The position numbers and the translations under genes were made by a program. From Candidatus Woesearchaeota archaeon (GTDB taxonomy: Archaea; Nanobdellota; Nanobdellia; UBA10117; ARS21), in the NCBI GenBank assembly GCA_964344705.1, contig CAYFOG010000001.1, forward strand, positions 2,172 through 46,983: DNA of 44,812 bases, written 5' to 3'. Of this stretch, positions 8,205-21,740 are shown one piece after another (position 1 is the first letter of the stretch; the number at the start of each line of letters is the position of its first letter). The notes beneath the pieces were generated by a model that ran no database searches, was not told the origin of the DNA, and saw only the letters and a list, made by a program, of their open reading frames with translations.

Positions 8205-9047
8205 ATGTTTAATCAACTCAGAACTGCGATGTTGTTAGGATTGTTAGGAGGAGTTCTACTTTTAGTTGGAGGATTTCTCGGAGGACAACAGGGGCTGATT
8301 ATTGCATTAGCCTTTGCAATAGTTATGAATTTTGGAGCGTACTGGTATTCAGATAAAGTTGTTCTGAGAATTTATCGCGCAAGAGAACTCAATGTTAATG
8401 AGTATGCACACGTTCATCGAATGCTTAATCAATTAGCTAAGAAAGCGAAATTACCAAAACCTAAATTGTATTTAATTCCCTCACAGAATCCAAATGCTTT
8501 TGCGACTGGAAGAAATCCTTCCAATGCCGCAATTGGAGTTACTGTTGGAATTCTTAATTTGTTAAATGACAAAGAATTGAAAGGAGTTTTAGCGCATGAA
8601 TTAAGCCATATTAAGAACAGAGATATTTTAGTTGGAAGTGTTGCTGCAACAATTGCCACAACAATTGCATTTCTGGCAAACATGGCGCAGTGGACTGCGA
8701 TGTTTGGAGGTTTCAGAAATAGAGATAGCGGAAATATTGTTGGGTTACTAGTTTTGGCGATACTTACTCCAATAATTGCAGGAGTTATTCAGATGGCAAT
8801 TTCACGTTCAAGAGAGTATATGGCTGATGAATCTGGCGCAAAGATTGCAGGAGATTGGAAAGGACTTGCTTCGGCTCTGACAAAGCTTGAAAAAACTTCT
8901 AAACAATTTCCAATGAGATTTGGAAGCGATGCGAGTGCGCACATGTTTATTGTCCATCCTTTCAAAGGTCGAAGCATGATGCATTTATTGTCAACACACC
9001 CCTCCACAAAAGATAGAATTAGTCGTTTAGAAAAAGTCCAATTATAG
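8205..9047 (+). CDS. htpX: Zinc metalloprotease HtpX (peptidase M48)
   Basis: HELSHIKNRD zinc site (HEXXH), downstream EYMADESGA, and four TM segments. Confidence 0.9.
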   Translation: MFNQLRTAMLLGLLGGVLLLVGGFLGGQQGLIIALAFAIVMNFGAYWYSDKVVLRIYRARELNVNEYAHVHRMLNQLAKKAKLPKPKLYLIPSQNPNAFATGRNPSNAAIGVTVGILNLLNDKELKGVLAHELSHIKNRDILVGSVAATIATTIAFLANMAQWTAMFGGFRNRDSGNIVGLLVLAILTPIIAGVIQMAISRSREYMADESGAKIAGDWKGLASALTKLEKTSKQFPMRFGSDASAHMFIVHPFKGRSMMHLLSTHPSTKDRISRLEKVQL

Positions 9048-9087
9048 GTTTCGAAGCACTTTTAAACCGCTTAAGCGGATTTTACAC

Positions 9088-9777
9088 ATGAGTTTGAAAA
9101 GCAGATTCTGTCCTAAATGTGGTAAAGAAACCGAAAAACTTATTGATAGTTTATGTAGCTCATGCTATTCTGGAAAGCCAAATGTTAAGGTTCCGAATCA
9201 AAAAAATGTTTTACAATGTGTTAAGTGTGAAATGATTTACAATAAAGGATTTTGGACTAAACCACGAAAAAATATTGAAACTTATTTGGTAGATAGAATT
9301 AGAGATTCAATCAAACTTCCAACAGGTGAAAAATTAATCGATGTTAAATTACTGGAAGAAGGAAAAGAGGCAGAATTATTAATTCGATCTCAAATTGGTG
9401 ATGAAAAAATTGAACGAATTGTTAAAGGTAAATTTGAAATCAAGAAGTATTGCTGCCCAGCTTGTTCAAGAGAGCAAGGAATTGATTACACCGCCAAACT
9501 TCAACTTAGATCTGCTAAAGAGCATGAAAAATTTGTTGAAGAGGCACTGAAATATATTCGTGAAGCTGCGCCAAAAGTTTCTAAAGTTGAACCAATGCTC
9601 AAAGGTGTTGATGTTTATTTGGTAAATCAAAGATTGGCGAAGCAAGCTGCCAGAAGAATCAAGAAGCATCTTGAAGTTACTATGAAAGAAAGTTATCGTA
9701 ACTACTCTTGGGATCATGAAAATGATAGACCAAAAAGACGTATAACAATTCTTATAAAGCAGAAATTGAGGAAATAA
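9088..9777 (+). CDS. NMD3-family protein (archaeal large-subunit binding/export factor homologue)
   Basis: N-terminal Cys clusters FCPKCG..LCSSCY..CVKCE and CCPACS, matching the archaeal NMD3 layout. It sits upstream of aIF1A. Confidence 0.5.
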   Translation: MSLKSRFCPKCGKETEKLIDSLCSSCYSGKPNVKVPNQKNVLQCVKCEMIYNKGFWTKPRKNIETYLVDRIRDSIKLPTGEKLIDVKLLEEGKEAELLIRSQIGDEKIERIVKGKFEIKKYCCPACSREQGIDYTAKLQLRSAKEHEKFVEEALKYIREAAPKVSKVEPMLKGVDVYLVNQRLAKQAARRIKKHLEVTMKESYRNYSWDHENDRPKRRITILIKQKLRK

Positions 9778-9779
9778 AG

Positions 9780-10136
9780 ATGGTTGAAGCAAAGAAAAAA
9801 CATAAAAAGCGCTCAAGGCACGCATATGATAAATCTGAAGAAGTAGGACGAGTCAGACTTCCAAAAGGAGAAGAAGTTTTTGGAGTTGTCGATGTTAGAC
9901 TTGGAATGGGTAAATCAAGAATTCGTTGTGCCGATGGAAATGAAAGAATTTGTAGGGTTCCCGGTGCGTTAAAAAGACGTCTTTGGGTTAGACCTGGAAA
10001 TATCGTAATCATAAAACCTTGGGAATATGAAAGCGATAATAAAGGAGATATTATATTCAATTACAAACCAATTCAAGTTGAATGGCTTCGAAAACACGGT
10101 CATTTGAAGAACTTACTTGAACAGGAAGAATTCTAA
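9780..10136 (+). CDS. eif1a: Translation initiation factor aIF-1A
   Basis: S1/OB core: GEEVFGVVDVRLGMGKSRIRCADGNERICRVPGALKRRLWVRPGNIVII. Confidence 0.9.
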   Translation: MVEAKKKHKKRSRHAYDKSEEVGRVRLPKGEEVFGVVDVRLGMGKSRIRCADGNERICRVPGALKRRLWVRPGNIVIIKPWEYESDNKGDIIFNYKPIQVEWLRKHGHLKNLLEQEEF

Positions 10137-10137
10137 T

Positions 10138-10641
10138 ATGCATAGCGAAGTTGTCAATATTCCAAAAGATAGAATCGCAGCACTAGTTGGATCCAAAGGA
10201 AGTAATAAAAAACAACTTGAAACGCGAGGAAAGTGCAAATTAAACATTTCATCTTCAGGTATAATTACAATTCAGTCTGAGAGTGCCGAAAATTTAATTT
10301 CAATTAATCGGGTTGTCGAAGCAGTTGGTCGAGGATTTAATCCTGAAGCAGCATTTTTACTGTTCAGAGAAGAATATTCACTTGAAATTTTGGATATGAA
10401 TGCCTATACAAAGTCAAAAGCTCGTTTGGCAACTCTTCGAGCAAGAGTTATTGGTCGCAAAGGCGCAGCACGACGAAAATTGGAGCAATTAACAAGTACA
10501 GCAATCTGCGTTTATGGCAAAACTATCGGAATTATTGGCAAAATTGAGGATGCTTATTTAGCTCAACGCGCAATGGAGATGATTTTGGAAGGAAGCAATC
10601 ATGTAAGCGTGTTTAGATGGGTTGAAAGTCAGCTTCAATAA
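10138..10641 (+). CDS. KH-domain RNA-binding protein (Dim2/Pno1-like)
   Basis: Two KH GXXG loops (VGSKGSNKK and IGRKGAARR). ATG 10138 follows the aIF1A stop directly. The track's 10117 start overlaps aIF1A. Confidence 0.75.
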   Translation: MHSEVVNIPKDRIAALVGSKGSNKKQLETRGKCKLNISSSGIITIQSESAENLISINRVVEAVGRGFNPEAAFLLFREEYSLEILDMNAYTKSKARLATLRARVIGRKGAARRKLEQLTSTAICVYGKTIGIIGKIEDAYLAQRAMEMILEGSNHVSVFRWVESQLQ

Positions 10642-10747
10642 TTAATCTCTAAAATTGTTAAATTATTGAACATACATGGCTAATTTTTGATAAGTTATTG
10701 ATGAAAAAGGGAAATCTTTTTAAGGAGACAGGCCGTTTGCTTGAGTT

Positions 10748-12358
10748 ATGGCTGAAGAGAACCATAAACAAGTATCAGTTGCTGAATTTTTTGAGAAGAA
10801 TAGACATCTTTTGGGATTCAATAATCCATCAAAAGCGCTTTTAACCTCAGTTAAGGAAGCTGTAGACAATTCTTTGGATGCGTGTGAGGATGCAAATATT
10901 CTACCAGATATTGAAGTTAAGATTCAAGAACTGAAAAAAGGTAAATATCGAATGATTGTAGAAGATAATGGTCCGGGGCTGAATAGAAAAGTTCTCGAGA
11001 AGGCTTTTGGTTCATTATTATTTGGTTCTAAATTTCGTTCAATTGGCGGAAAGCAAGGAAGAGGACAGCAAGGTATTGGTATTTCTGCGGTAATTTTATA
11101 TGGTCAGTTAACTACTGGAAAACCTGCAAAGATTACTTCACGAACGTCAAAGGAAAAAGAAGCACGAGAGTATGTAATGCATATTGATGTTAAGTCAAAT
11201 GAACCGGACGTTCTTGCTTCCGATATAAAGAATTGGAAAAAGGAGCACGGAACGCGTGTTGAAGTTGAAATGGAAGGTAAGTATGTTAGTACAAAGCAAA
11301 GTCCATTTGAATTTATTAAGCAAACCGCAGTTGTAAATCCTCATGCTAAAATTACTTATACTGATCCCGAGGGAAAGAAACACAAATTTCCTCGAGTTAT
11401 TGACAAACTTCCTCGAAAGGCAAAAGAATTGAAACCGCATCCAAGCGGTGTTGAGTTTGGATTATTCAAGAGAATGGCCAAAGATACTTCAGCAAGAAGT
11501 ACAAAGAGTTTCTTAACAAATGATTTTGACAAAGTTGGTGGTGGAACTGCTAATTCTATTTTAGAAAAAGCGAAAGTTGAAGGAAAGATTATGCCTAAAC
11601 TTTTGAGTGATGATCAATTACATGAAATGCACGCAGCGATTAAAGAGACTAAGATTATGAATCCAAGTACAGATTGCTTAAGTCCAATCGGTGCTGACGC
11701 CCTTGGAAAGAGTCTTGAAAGTGAATATGATTTGGAATTTGTAAAAGCAGTTTCTAGAAACCCAACCGTTTATAGGGGATTCCCATTTCAAGTTGAAGTT
11801 GCAATCGGATACGGTGGTGAACTTGATCAAGAAGGTTCTGTAAAATTAAATCGTTTTTCCAACAAAGTTCCATTACTTTATGAGGAAGGTTCTTGTGCTT
11901 TGACTAAAGGTGTGAAAGGCATTACTTGGAAAAGTTATGGTTTACACAACTCAAGCGGCTCAATGCCAACAGGTCCGGCAGTAATAGTTATTCACATTGC
12001 GTCTACTTGGGTACCATTCACTTCTGAAAGCAAGGCAGCAGTTTCAAATTATCCTGCAATTTCCAAAGAAATTAAACTTGCAATTCAAGAAGCTGGAAGA
12101 GCGCTACAAATTTACGTTCGCAAAAAAAGAAAGGCAGGTCTTGAAGAAGAAAAGAGACAGAAATTCAAAGGCTATGCGGGTGAAGTTGCCGGTGCGGTCG
12201 CAAAATTAATTGCAAAAGATTCTTACAAAATTAAAAAAGAAACATTAGAAAAGAGTGTTGCTAAAATTGAGAAGTCTTTGTTGAAGACTGCGGAAACAAT
12301 GTATTCAAGCGGGAAAGATTTAGAGGATTCGGAGGATGAAGAAAATGAGCAAGAATAA
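10748..12358 (+). CDS. top6B: DNA topoisomerase VI subunit B
   Basis: GHKL/Bergerat ATPase motifs VKEAVDNSLDA and VEDNGPGL, a transducer domain, and an acidic tail. Confidence 0.95.
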   Translation: MAEENHKQVSVAEFFEKNRHLLGFNNPSKALLTSVKEAVDNSLDACEDANILPDIEVKIQELKKGKYRMIVEDNGPGLNRKVLEKAFGSLLFGSKFRSIGGKQGRGQQGIGISAVILYGQLTTGKPAKITSRTSKEKEAREYVMHIDVKSNEPDVLASDIKNWKKEHGTRVEVEMEGKYVSTKQSPFEFIKQTAVVNPHAKITYTDPEGKKHKFPRVIDKLPRKAKELKPHPSGVEFGLFKRMAKDTSARSTKSFLTNDFDKVGGGTANSILEKAKVEGKIMPKLLSDDQLHEMHAAIKETKIMNPSTDCLSPIGADALGKSLESEYDLEFVKAVSRNPTVYRGFPFQVEVAIGYGGELDQEGSVKLNRFSNKVPLLYEEGSCALTKGVKGITWKSYGLHNSSGSMPTGPAVIVIHIASTWVPFTSESKAAVSNYPAISKEIKLAIQEAGRALQIYVRKKRKAGLEEEKRQKFKGYAGEVAGAVAKLIAKDSYKIKKETLEKSVAKIEKSLLKTAETMYSSGKDLEDSEDEENEQE

Positions 12359-13454
12359 AATTAGAAAAGAAATTGTTGAGAAGCTTCGAAAGTTGGGAGA
12401 ACAACTTGATAAGGAGATTAAGAAGAATAAAGATCCAGAAATCACAATGCCAATTCGAACATTGAGCAATGCATATTTTGATGATAAAGATAAATTAATT
12501 CGGCTTGGAGATAAAATACAAACTAGAAATTTCTTCAATGTCGGTCAAGCACGAAAATTCATGCAGACAACTTTGATTGCTGCACAAATTAAAGAATTAC
12601 TTGAACAAGATAAGCCAAGTATTTCCACAAGACAACTTTACTATATCTTGAAACGAACTATTGATGGTTTGAAGGAAAACACTTTTGAGGAGCAAGCTGA
12701 AAGTGACCCAATTATTGAAGATATTGAAGTTGCAATTGATGCTTTACGAGAAGACTTGGGTCTTGAGCCAACACCGGACGGAGTATTTTCAGGACCAATT
12801 AAATACACAGATTTGAAGACAGGAGATGAAATTGATTGTGCTAAAATGGGAACTGCTGGCGCAGCAATTCCAGCAAATACTGAACCGGGAGTTGTTAAGT
12901 TTGGAAAAACTACTGCGAAGTATGTTTTGGTTGTAGAGAAATTTGCGGTGTGGTCTGTTCTAAATCAATTGAAGTATTGGAAGAAGAATAATTGTATTAT
13001 TCTTACAGGTAAGGGGCAAGCAGGTCGTTCAACTCGAAGATTGGTTGCACGATTAAACAAGGAATTAAAACTTCCAGTTTATGTTTTTGCAGACTTTGAT
13101 CCATACGGATATTATATTTATTCTGTTTACAAACAAGGTTCCATCAATTTGGCGTTCTTCTCAGAAAAAGCAGGATGTCCTGATGCAAAATATATTGGAT
13201 TGAAACATGACGATATTAAACAGTTCAAAATTCCTAAATCAAATTTCATTAAATTGACGGATCAAGACTTGAAGCGTTTGAAGGAAATTAAGAATTACGA
13301 ATGGTTCAAGAAAAAAGAGTGGCAAGAAGAAATCAAAAAGGCACAAGACTTTGGATATAAGATTGAATCTGATGCGTTAGTTTCTAAGACAATTGAGTTT
13401 ATGGCTGACACTTATTTGCCAAAAGTAATCAAAGACAAAGATTGGTTGGATTAA
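12336..13454 (+). CDS. top6A: DNA topoisomerase VI subunit A (Spo11 family)
   Basis: Winged-helix 5Y-CAP region (STRQLYYIL) and Toprim YVFADFDPYGYYIY. It overlaps top6B by 23 nt. Confidence 0.95.
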   Translation: MKKMSKNKIRKEIVEKLRKLGEQLDKEIKKNKDPEITMPIRTLSNAYFDDKDKLIRLGDKIQTRNFFNVGQARKFMQTTLIAAQIKELLEQDKPSISTRQLYYILKRTIDGLKENTFEEQAESDPIIEDIEVAIDALREDLGLEPTPDGVFSGPIKYTDLKTGDEIDCAKMGTAGAAIPANTEPGVVKFGKTTAKYVLVVEKFAVWSVLNQLKYWKKNNCIILTGKGQAGRSTRRLVARLNKELKLPVYVFADFDPYGYYIYSVYKQGSINLAFFSEKAGCPDAKYIGLKHDDIKQFKIPKSNFIKLTDQDLKRLKEIKNYEWFKKKEWQEEIKKAQDFGYKIESDALVSKTIEFMADTYLPKVIKDKDWLD

Positions 13455-13484
13455 ACTTAAATACTAGAACAACTTTTTTCTTGT

Positions 13485-13871
13485 ATGGCACTTAGTGTTG
13501 TTGAATGGTTTGTAGCTATTATTGCAGTAACTGTTTTGGTTAAGGCTGTTCTTTTCAATTTGAATCCAAAGAAATGGATTGATTATTGGATGAAGTATTC
13601 AAAAAATTTTGCAGCATTTAGATTATTTTACTTGGCTGTATTCTTTGTTCTATCATTTTATTTACTTCAAGAAATTACATATGTACAATTTTTCGGAGGA
13701 ATGATTGCAGGAATGTTTTTGTACGCACATACAATGATGCATTATCCAGAAGTATTGAAAAAATATGCTAAGAGTTTCAGAAACCGATCAGATTTGAAGA
13801 AACTATTATTGGATTGGATTATTTATATTGCTTTGGCAATTATGGTATTAAGAGAGTTATTCTTCTTGTAA
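13485..13871 (+). CDS. Hypothetical membrane protein (4 TM)
   Basis: 128-aa ORF with four hydrophobic spans. No recognisable motif. Confidence 0.45.
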   Translation: MALSVVEWFVAIIAVTVLVKAVLFNLNPKKWIDYWMKYSKNFAAFRLFYLAVFFVLSFYLLQEITYVQFFGGMIAGMFLYAHTMMHYPEVLKKYAKSFRNRSDLKKLLLDWIIYIALAIMVLRELFFL

Positions 13872-13912
13872 TTTCACGTTAAGCTTTTATTTAATTGAGT
13901 ATACAATTAATC

Positions 13913-15076
13913 ATGGCTGAAGCATCTTTAGTTGTTGCACTTATTGGTTTTATTCTAATTGTAGGTGCGTTTCTCAAACACAGCTCTCAAAAGAGAGGAT
14001 ACCCGCTCACCTTAATATTACTTTTACTAGGAATTCTTCTTGGACCGATTACAGGGATATTTTCTCCAGGTGCAGCAGAAAATCAAGTTGCAGTTACTTC
14101 ATTCATCACGTTAGCATTAATATTAGTTTTATTTGATACAGGTTCTCAGATTAAGATTGGTTCTCTGTTTAGAAATTTTGCTGGACCAACGATGTTTGGA
14201 TTACTTAGCGTTTTATTTACAATTGGAATTGTCGCAATTCCGTTTAAATTTTTATTAGGTATTGATTGGATTCTTGCAGTTTTGTTTGGAAGCTTTTTGG
14301 CCTCGACAGATTTGACTATTCTTGGACCCGTGCTAAGCAATATTAAATTGAAGGCAAAAATTTCAGAGTACTTGGAACTTGAATCAACATTGAATACTGT
14401 TATCTCAGCAGTATTAGTAATTGTGTTAGTCAATTTAATTGAATCTCCAGTTACTGCGAAAGCAACAACAATTATTGGAGAAGGTCTACAAACATTACTT
14501 TATCATATTTTTGTAGGTGTCGGACTCGGGGTATTATTTGGGTTTGCAATTTTATGGTCCATTCGCCATATGACTTTGGAAGAATTACCACACATCATTA
14601 TGATTGGAGCATTATTTGCTTCTTACGCAATAACTGAAATTCTTGGCGCTTCGGGAATTGCGACCGCACTTGCAGTAGGAATGGTTTTCGGAAACTCAAG
14701 ATATAAACTTCCAAATATAATCAAATCTTTTGGTGGTGAGCTTGAATTAATCTTAGTAACATTTGTTTATGTTATCCTTGGAGCGATTATTGATTTTACT
14801 ATTTTGAAATCAGTCATTGTTCTTGCGTTATTGCTAATCGTAGCAGTTTACTTTGCAAGATATGGTGCGCTTAGAATTACAAACAAGGAAAATGCGAAAT
14901 ACAATCGATTTTATTTAATTAGTTCTCCGCGAGGAATTACTTGTGCCGTTTTGACGTTGAGTTATGCTAACTTGTTCCCAGATCCGACCTCAATAATTGG
15001 ACTAGTATTTGGAGTAATTCTTGTAAGTAGCCTGTCATTATTTGGAATTCCAAAAACTTTACCTTCCAGATTGTGA
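13913..15076 (+). CDS. Cation:proton antiporter (CPA1/NhaP-like Na+/H+ exchanger)
   Basis: About 11 TM segments. The FLASTDLTILGPV segment resembles the conserved (A/S)TD region of NhaP/NHE. ATG at 13913 is preferred over the track's TTG at 13895. Confidence 0.75.
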   Translation: MAEASLVVALIGFILIVGAFLKHSSQKRGYPLTLILLLLGILLGPITGIFSPGAAENQVAVTSFITLALILVLFDTGSQIKIGSLFRNFAGPTMFGLLSVLFTIGIVAIPFKFLLGIDWILAVLFGSFLASTDLTILGPVLSNIKLKAKISEYLELESTLNTVISAVLVIVLVNLIESPVTAKATTIIGEGLQTLLYHIFVGVGLGVLFGFAILWSIRHMTLEELPHIIMIGALFASYAITEILGASGIATALAVGMVFGNSRYKLPNIIKSFGGELELILVTFVYVILGAIIDFTILKSVIVLALLLIVAVYFARYGALRITNKENAKYNRFYLISSPRGITCAVLTLSYANLFPDPTSIIGLVFGVILVSSLSLFGIPKTLPSRL

Positions 15077-15366
15077 AGTTTCAAATTGAATGTGAAAATC
15101 GATATACTGAAAGGCCAAACTTTTTGTGAGAAATAATAAAACTTATAAACTAGATGATTCTAACCAAGTACAGTCAACCACGAGTTGACGATTCTGTGAG
15201 GGCATCGCCTGAGACACATGCTCATTTGATGAGCGCAAATGTGTGCCAGTTGCAATAACTGGTATAAAGTAGGCGAAGTGATACTTGATAGTTGACACAT
15301 TATGATACTATCAGTGAGTATCCCAAATATTCCAAACTAAATAAATTTTCAAGCTAGCGATAAAGA

Positions 15367-16828
<1,462 letters not shown>

Positions 16829-16922
16829 TTATACAAATGTCCCACGGGATGTTTGATAAACTCGAGGTGAAGTATTACTTCACCGCAGAGGTCCTCCGGG
16901 TTTAATCTTGGAGGATCTCCAA

Positions 16923-16996
16923 GGGCTTGTAGCTCAACCTGGTAGAGCGCCCGCTTTGCAAGCGGGAGGTTAGGTGTTCGAATCACCTCAAGTCCA
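16923..16996 (+). tRNA. tRNA-Ala (UGC) in the 16S-23S spacer
   Basis: Acceptor GGGCTTG/CAAGTCC with the G3:U70 identity pair. Anticodon arm CCCGC-TTTGCAA-GCGGG. T arm GGTGTTCGAATCACC. Confidence 0.95.
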
Positions 16997-17140
16997 TGTC
17001 CCTTTTAGAAAAAGGGACGACAAAAATTGGCGGGTTAAAACCCACCAGTTACTCGTAAGAGAATATTGCGATCAAGATGTTAGATGGCGCTTTGGCGTCT
17101 ATCTTGGTTAAGGTAGACCTCCAGAATTAGTAAAATAAGC

Positions 17141-19982
<2,842 letters not shown>

Positions 19983-20071
19983 TAACCTTAAAGTTTATTT
20001 TACCCATTCTGGAGGTCTACTTCATATTCTTTTTTAGAAACATTTATCATTGACTTAAGTTTATCAAAACT

Positions 20072-20272
20072 ATGCGAAGACGTCTCAGAAAGCTGACAAA
20101 CATTCAAACATTTTCTTTAGTAGTATTCAGTGCAGTTGTTGTTTACTTCGTAGATTGGTTTATTTTACGGCCGCTTGGAATTTTACCGAGTGTGGAATTT
20201 TTTATTGACGTTGTTTTGTTCTATGTGTTCTTCAAACTAGTTCAGAAAGAAGCACCAAAATTATTGAACTGA
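20072..20272 (+). CDS. Hypothetical small membrane protein (66 aa)
   Basis: Basic N-terminus MRRRLRKL followed by two hydrophobic spans. It lies between the 23S rRNA and RNase P RNA genes. Confidence 0.35.
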   Translation: MRRRLRKLTNIQTFSLVVFSAVVVYFVDWFILRPLGILPSVEFFIDVVLFYVFFKLVQKEAPKLLN

Positions 20273-20320
20273 TTTTCCAGTCACCGTAATACTTTTAAAG
20301 CCAAAAAATGGTGCTAAATT

Positions 20321-20579
20321 AACGCAGAGAGGCAGACTGTCGGCGCTTGCGCTGTGGAAAGTCCACCCACTCACGAAGTCCACTGAGCTTTAATAGGCTC
20401 GTCTGGCAACAGAAACGAACTGCTCTGTTCGTACGATGATCCTCAAGGTGAGGTTGTTCAGAGTAAGATGAAAAAATGTCAGACTGGATGAGTGCAAGGT
20501 TAAAAACCGCTTAGTCAAATGTCTGCACAGTCATTCCAATTGAGGAGACTGACAGAAGGTGGCTTACATCTCTGCGTTT
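20321..20579 (+). ncRNA. rnpB: RNase P RNA
   Basis: P1 helix AACGCAGAGA / TCTCTGCGTT closes the molecule. CR-I-like GGAAAGTCCACCC. AACAGAAAC. CR-V-like ACAGAAGGTGGCTTAC near the 3' end. Confidence 0.8.
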
Positions 20580-20628
20580 ATATTTATTCTTTTCAAACAT
20601 TTTTTAAACCAGTATTTTAGTTCTAACT

Positions 20629-20784
20629 ATGGCAAAGAAAAATAAAATGAGAATGCCTTCCTCGCAAGGAGGTTTGGTTAATTATTACGACGAGAATAAG
20701 GCCTATGTAAATATTTCTCCGAAGTTTGTTATCGGACTGACGGTTGTAATTGCTATTTTGGCAATTTTGGTTCGAGTGATATAA
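20629..20784 (+). CDS. secG: Preprotein translocase subunit Sec61-beta/SecG (51 aa, absent from the ORF track)
   Basis: My translation: MAKKNKMRMPSSQGGLVNYYDENKAYVNISPKFVIGLTVVIAILAILVRVI. It has a basic N-terminus, a G-L-V-x-Y(F) motif, and a single C-terminal TM, as in archaeal Sec61-beta. Confidence 0.7.
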   Translation: MAKKNKMRMPSSQGGLVNYYDENKAYVNISPKFVIGLTVVIAILAILVRVI

Positions 20785-20786
20785 TT

Positions 20787-21542
20787 ATGAAAATTATTTC
20801 CTGGAATGTGAATGGAATTCGTGCTGTTTTGAAAAAAGAGTTCTCAGATTTTGTTCGTAAATCAAATCCAGATATTTTGTGTTTACAAGAAACTAAAGCG
20901 CACCCTGATCAAGTTGATAAAATGCTCGATAATTATGAGCATCACTATTGGAATAGTGCAGACAAGAAAGGCTATTCCGGTACTGCAGTTTTTTCTAAAA
21001 TTAAACCTTTGAAAGTGGTTTATGGTGGCGGACTTGAAGAGGGCGAGACTGAAGGTCGTGTAATTACTTTAGAATATGACAAATTTTATCTGGTTAATGT
21101 TTATACTCCGAATTCTAAGAGAGGCTTAACTCGTTTGACTTATCGCCAAAAATGGGATATCGCCTTTTTGAAGTATTTGAAAGAATTAGAGAAAGAGAAA
21201 CCAGTTGTTTTGTGTGGTGATTTGAATGTTGCACACAAAGAAATTGATTTGGCACGTCCAAAAAACAACAAAAAGAATGCAGGTTTTACTGAGGAAGAGC
21301 GAAAAGGAATGGATAATTATGTTAAAGCTGGTTTTGTAGACACATTTAGAATGTTTACTGAAGAAGGCGGACATTATTCTTGGTGGAGTTATATGTTTAA
21401 TTCTCGTGCCAAAGATATTGGTTGGAGAATTGATTATTTTATTGTTTCTGGAAAACTAAAATCCAAAGTTGAAAATTCTAGAATTTTGAAAATGGTTATG
21501 GGTTCAGATCATGCTCCTGTTGAGTTAAAAATCAATATTTAA
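20787..21542 (+). CDS. xth: Exodeoxyribonuclease III / AP endonuclease
   Basis: ISWNVNGIRA, LCLQETK, GDLNVAH and C-terminal GSDHAPV, which mark the EEP nuclease family. Confidence 0.95.
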   Translation: MKIISWNVNGIRAVLKKEFSDFVRKSNPDILCLQETKAHPDQVDKMLDNYEHHYWNSADKKGYSGTAVFSKIKPLKVVYGGGLEEGETEGRVITLEYDKFYLVNVYTPNSKRGLTRLTYRQKWDIAFLKYLKELEKEKPVVLCGDLNVAHKEIDLARPKNNKKNAGFTEEERKGMDNYVKAGFVDTFRMFTEEGGHYSWWSYMFNSRAKDIGWRIDYFIVSGKLKSKVENSRILKMVMGSDHAPVELKINI

Positions 21543-21544
21543 TA

Positions 21545-21561
21545 TACATACTTAGTATGTA
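21545..21561. promoter_or_regulatory. Perfect 8-1-8 palindrome upstream of the RHH gene (candidate operator), followed by a TATA-like box
   Basis: TACATACT-T-AGTATGTA at 21545-21561. ATTATATATG at 21577-21586 lies about 25 nt before ATG 21606. Confidence 0.35.
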
Positions 21562-21605
21562 GTTATATGAGAAAGTATTATATATGTAAAGTAATTCATA
21601 TCTGT

Positions 21606-21740
21606 ATGCCGCGTGACAGAATTAGTATTACTATTGATAAAGGTCTTTTGAAATGGATTGATAAGCAAGTTCGTAGTCGGCGCTTTTCAAGCAGAAGTCA
21701 TGCGCTTGAATATGTAGTTTCGAGATATGGAAAAAAATAG
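21606..21740 (+). CDS. Ribbon-helix-helix (CopG/MetJ-type) small protein, 44 aa (absent from the ORF track)
   Basis: My translation: MPRDRISITIDKGLLKWIDKQVRSRRFSSRSHALEYVVSRYGKK. It shows the RHH pattern: beta strand RISITID, then helix, then RS(H)-ALEY helix. It overlaps the giant gene's start by 14 nt. Confidence 0.6.
   Translation: MPRDRISITIDKGLLKWIDKQVRSRRFSSRSHALEYVVSRYGKK

Noticed and set aside
1346-12538. Assorted short overlapping ORFs: 1346-1549, 2649-2903, 4312-4518, 6321-6539, 6919-7131, 8429-8683, 8789-9007, 9466-9825, 9752-10060, 11195-11440, 11997-12209 and 12320-12538.
   Set aside because: Each lies inside, or antisense to, a confidently identified conserved gene.
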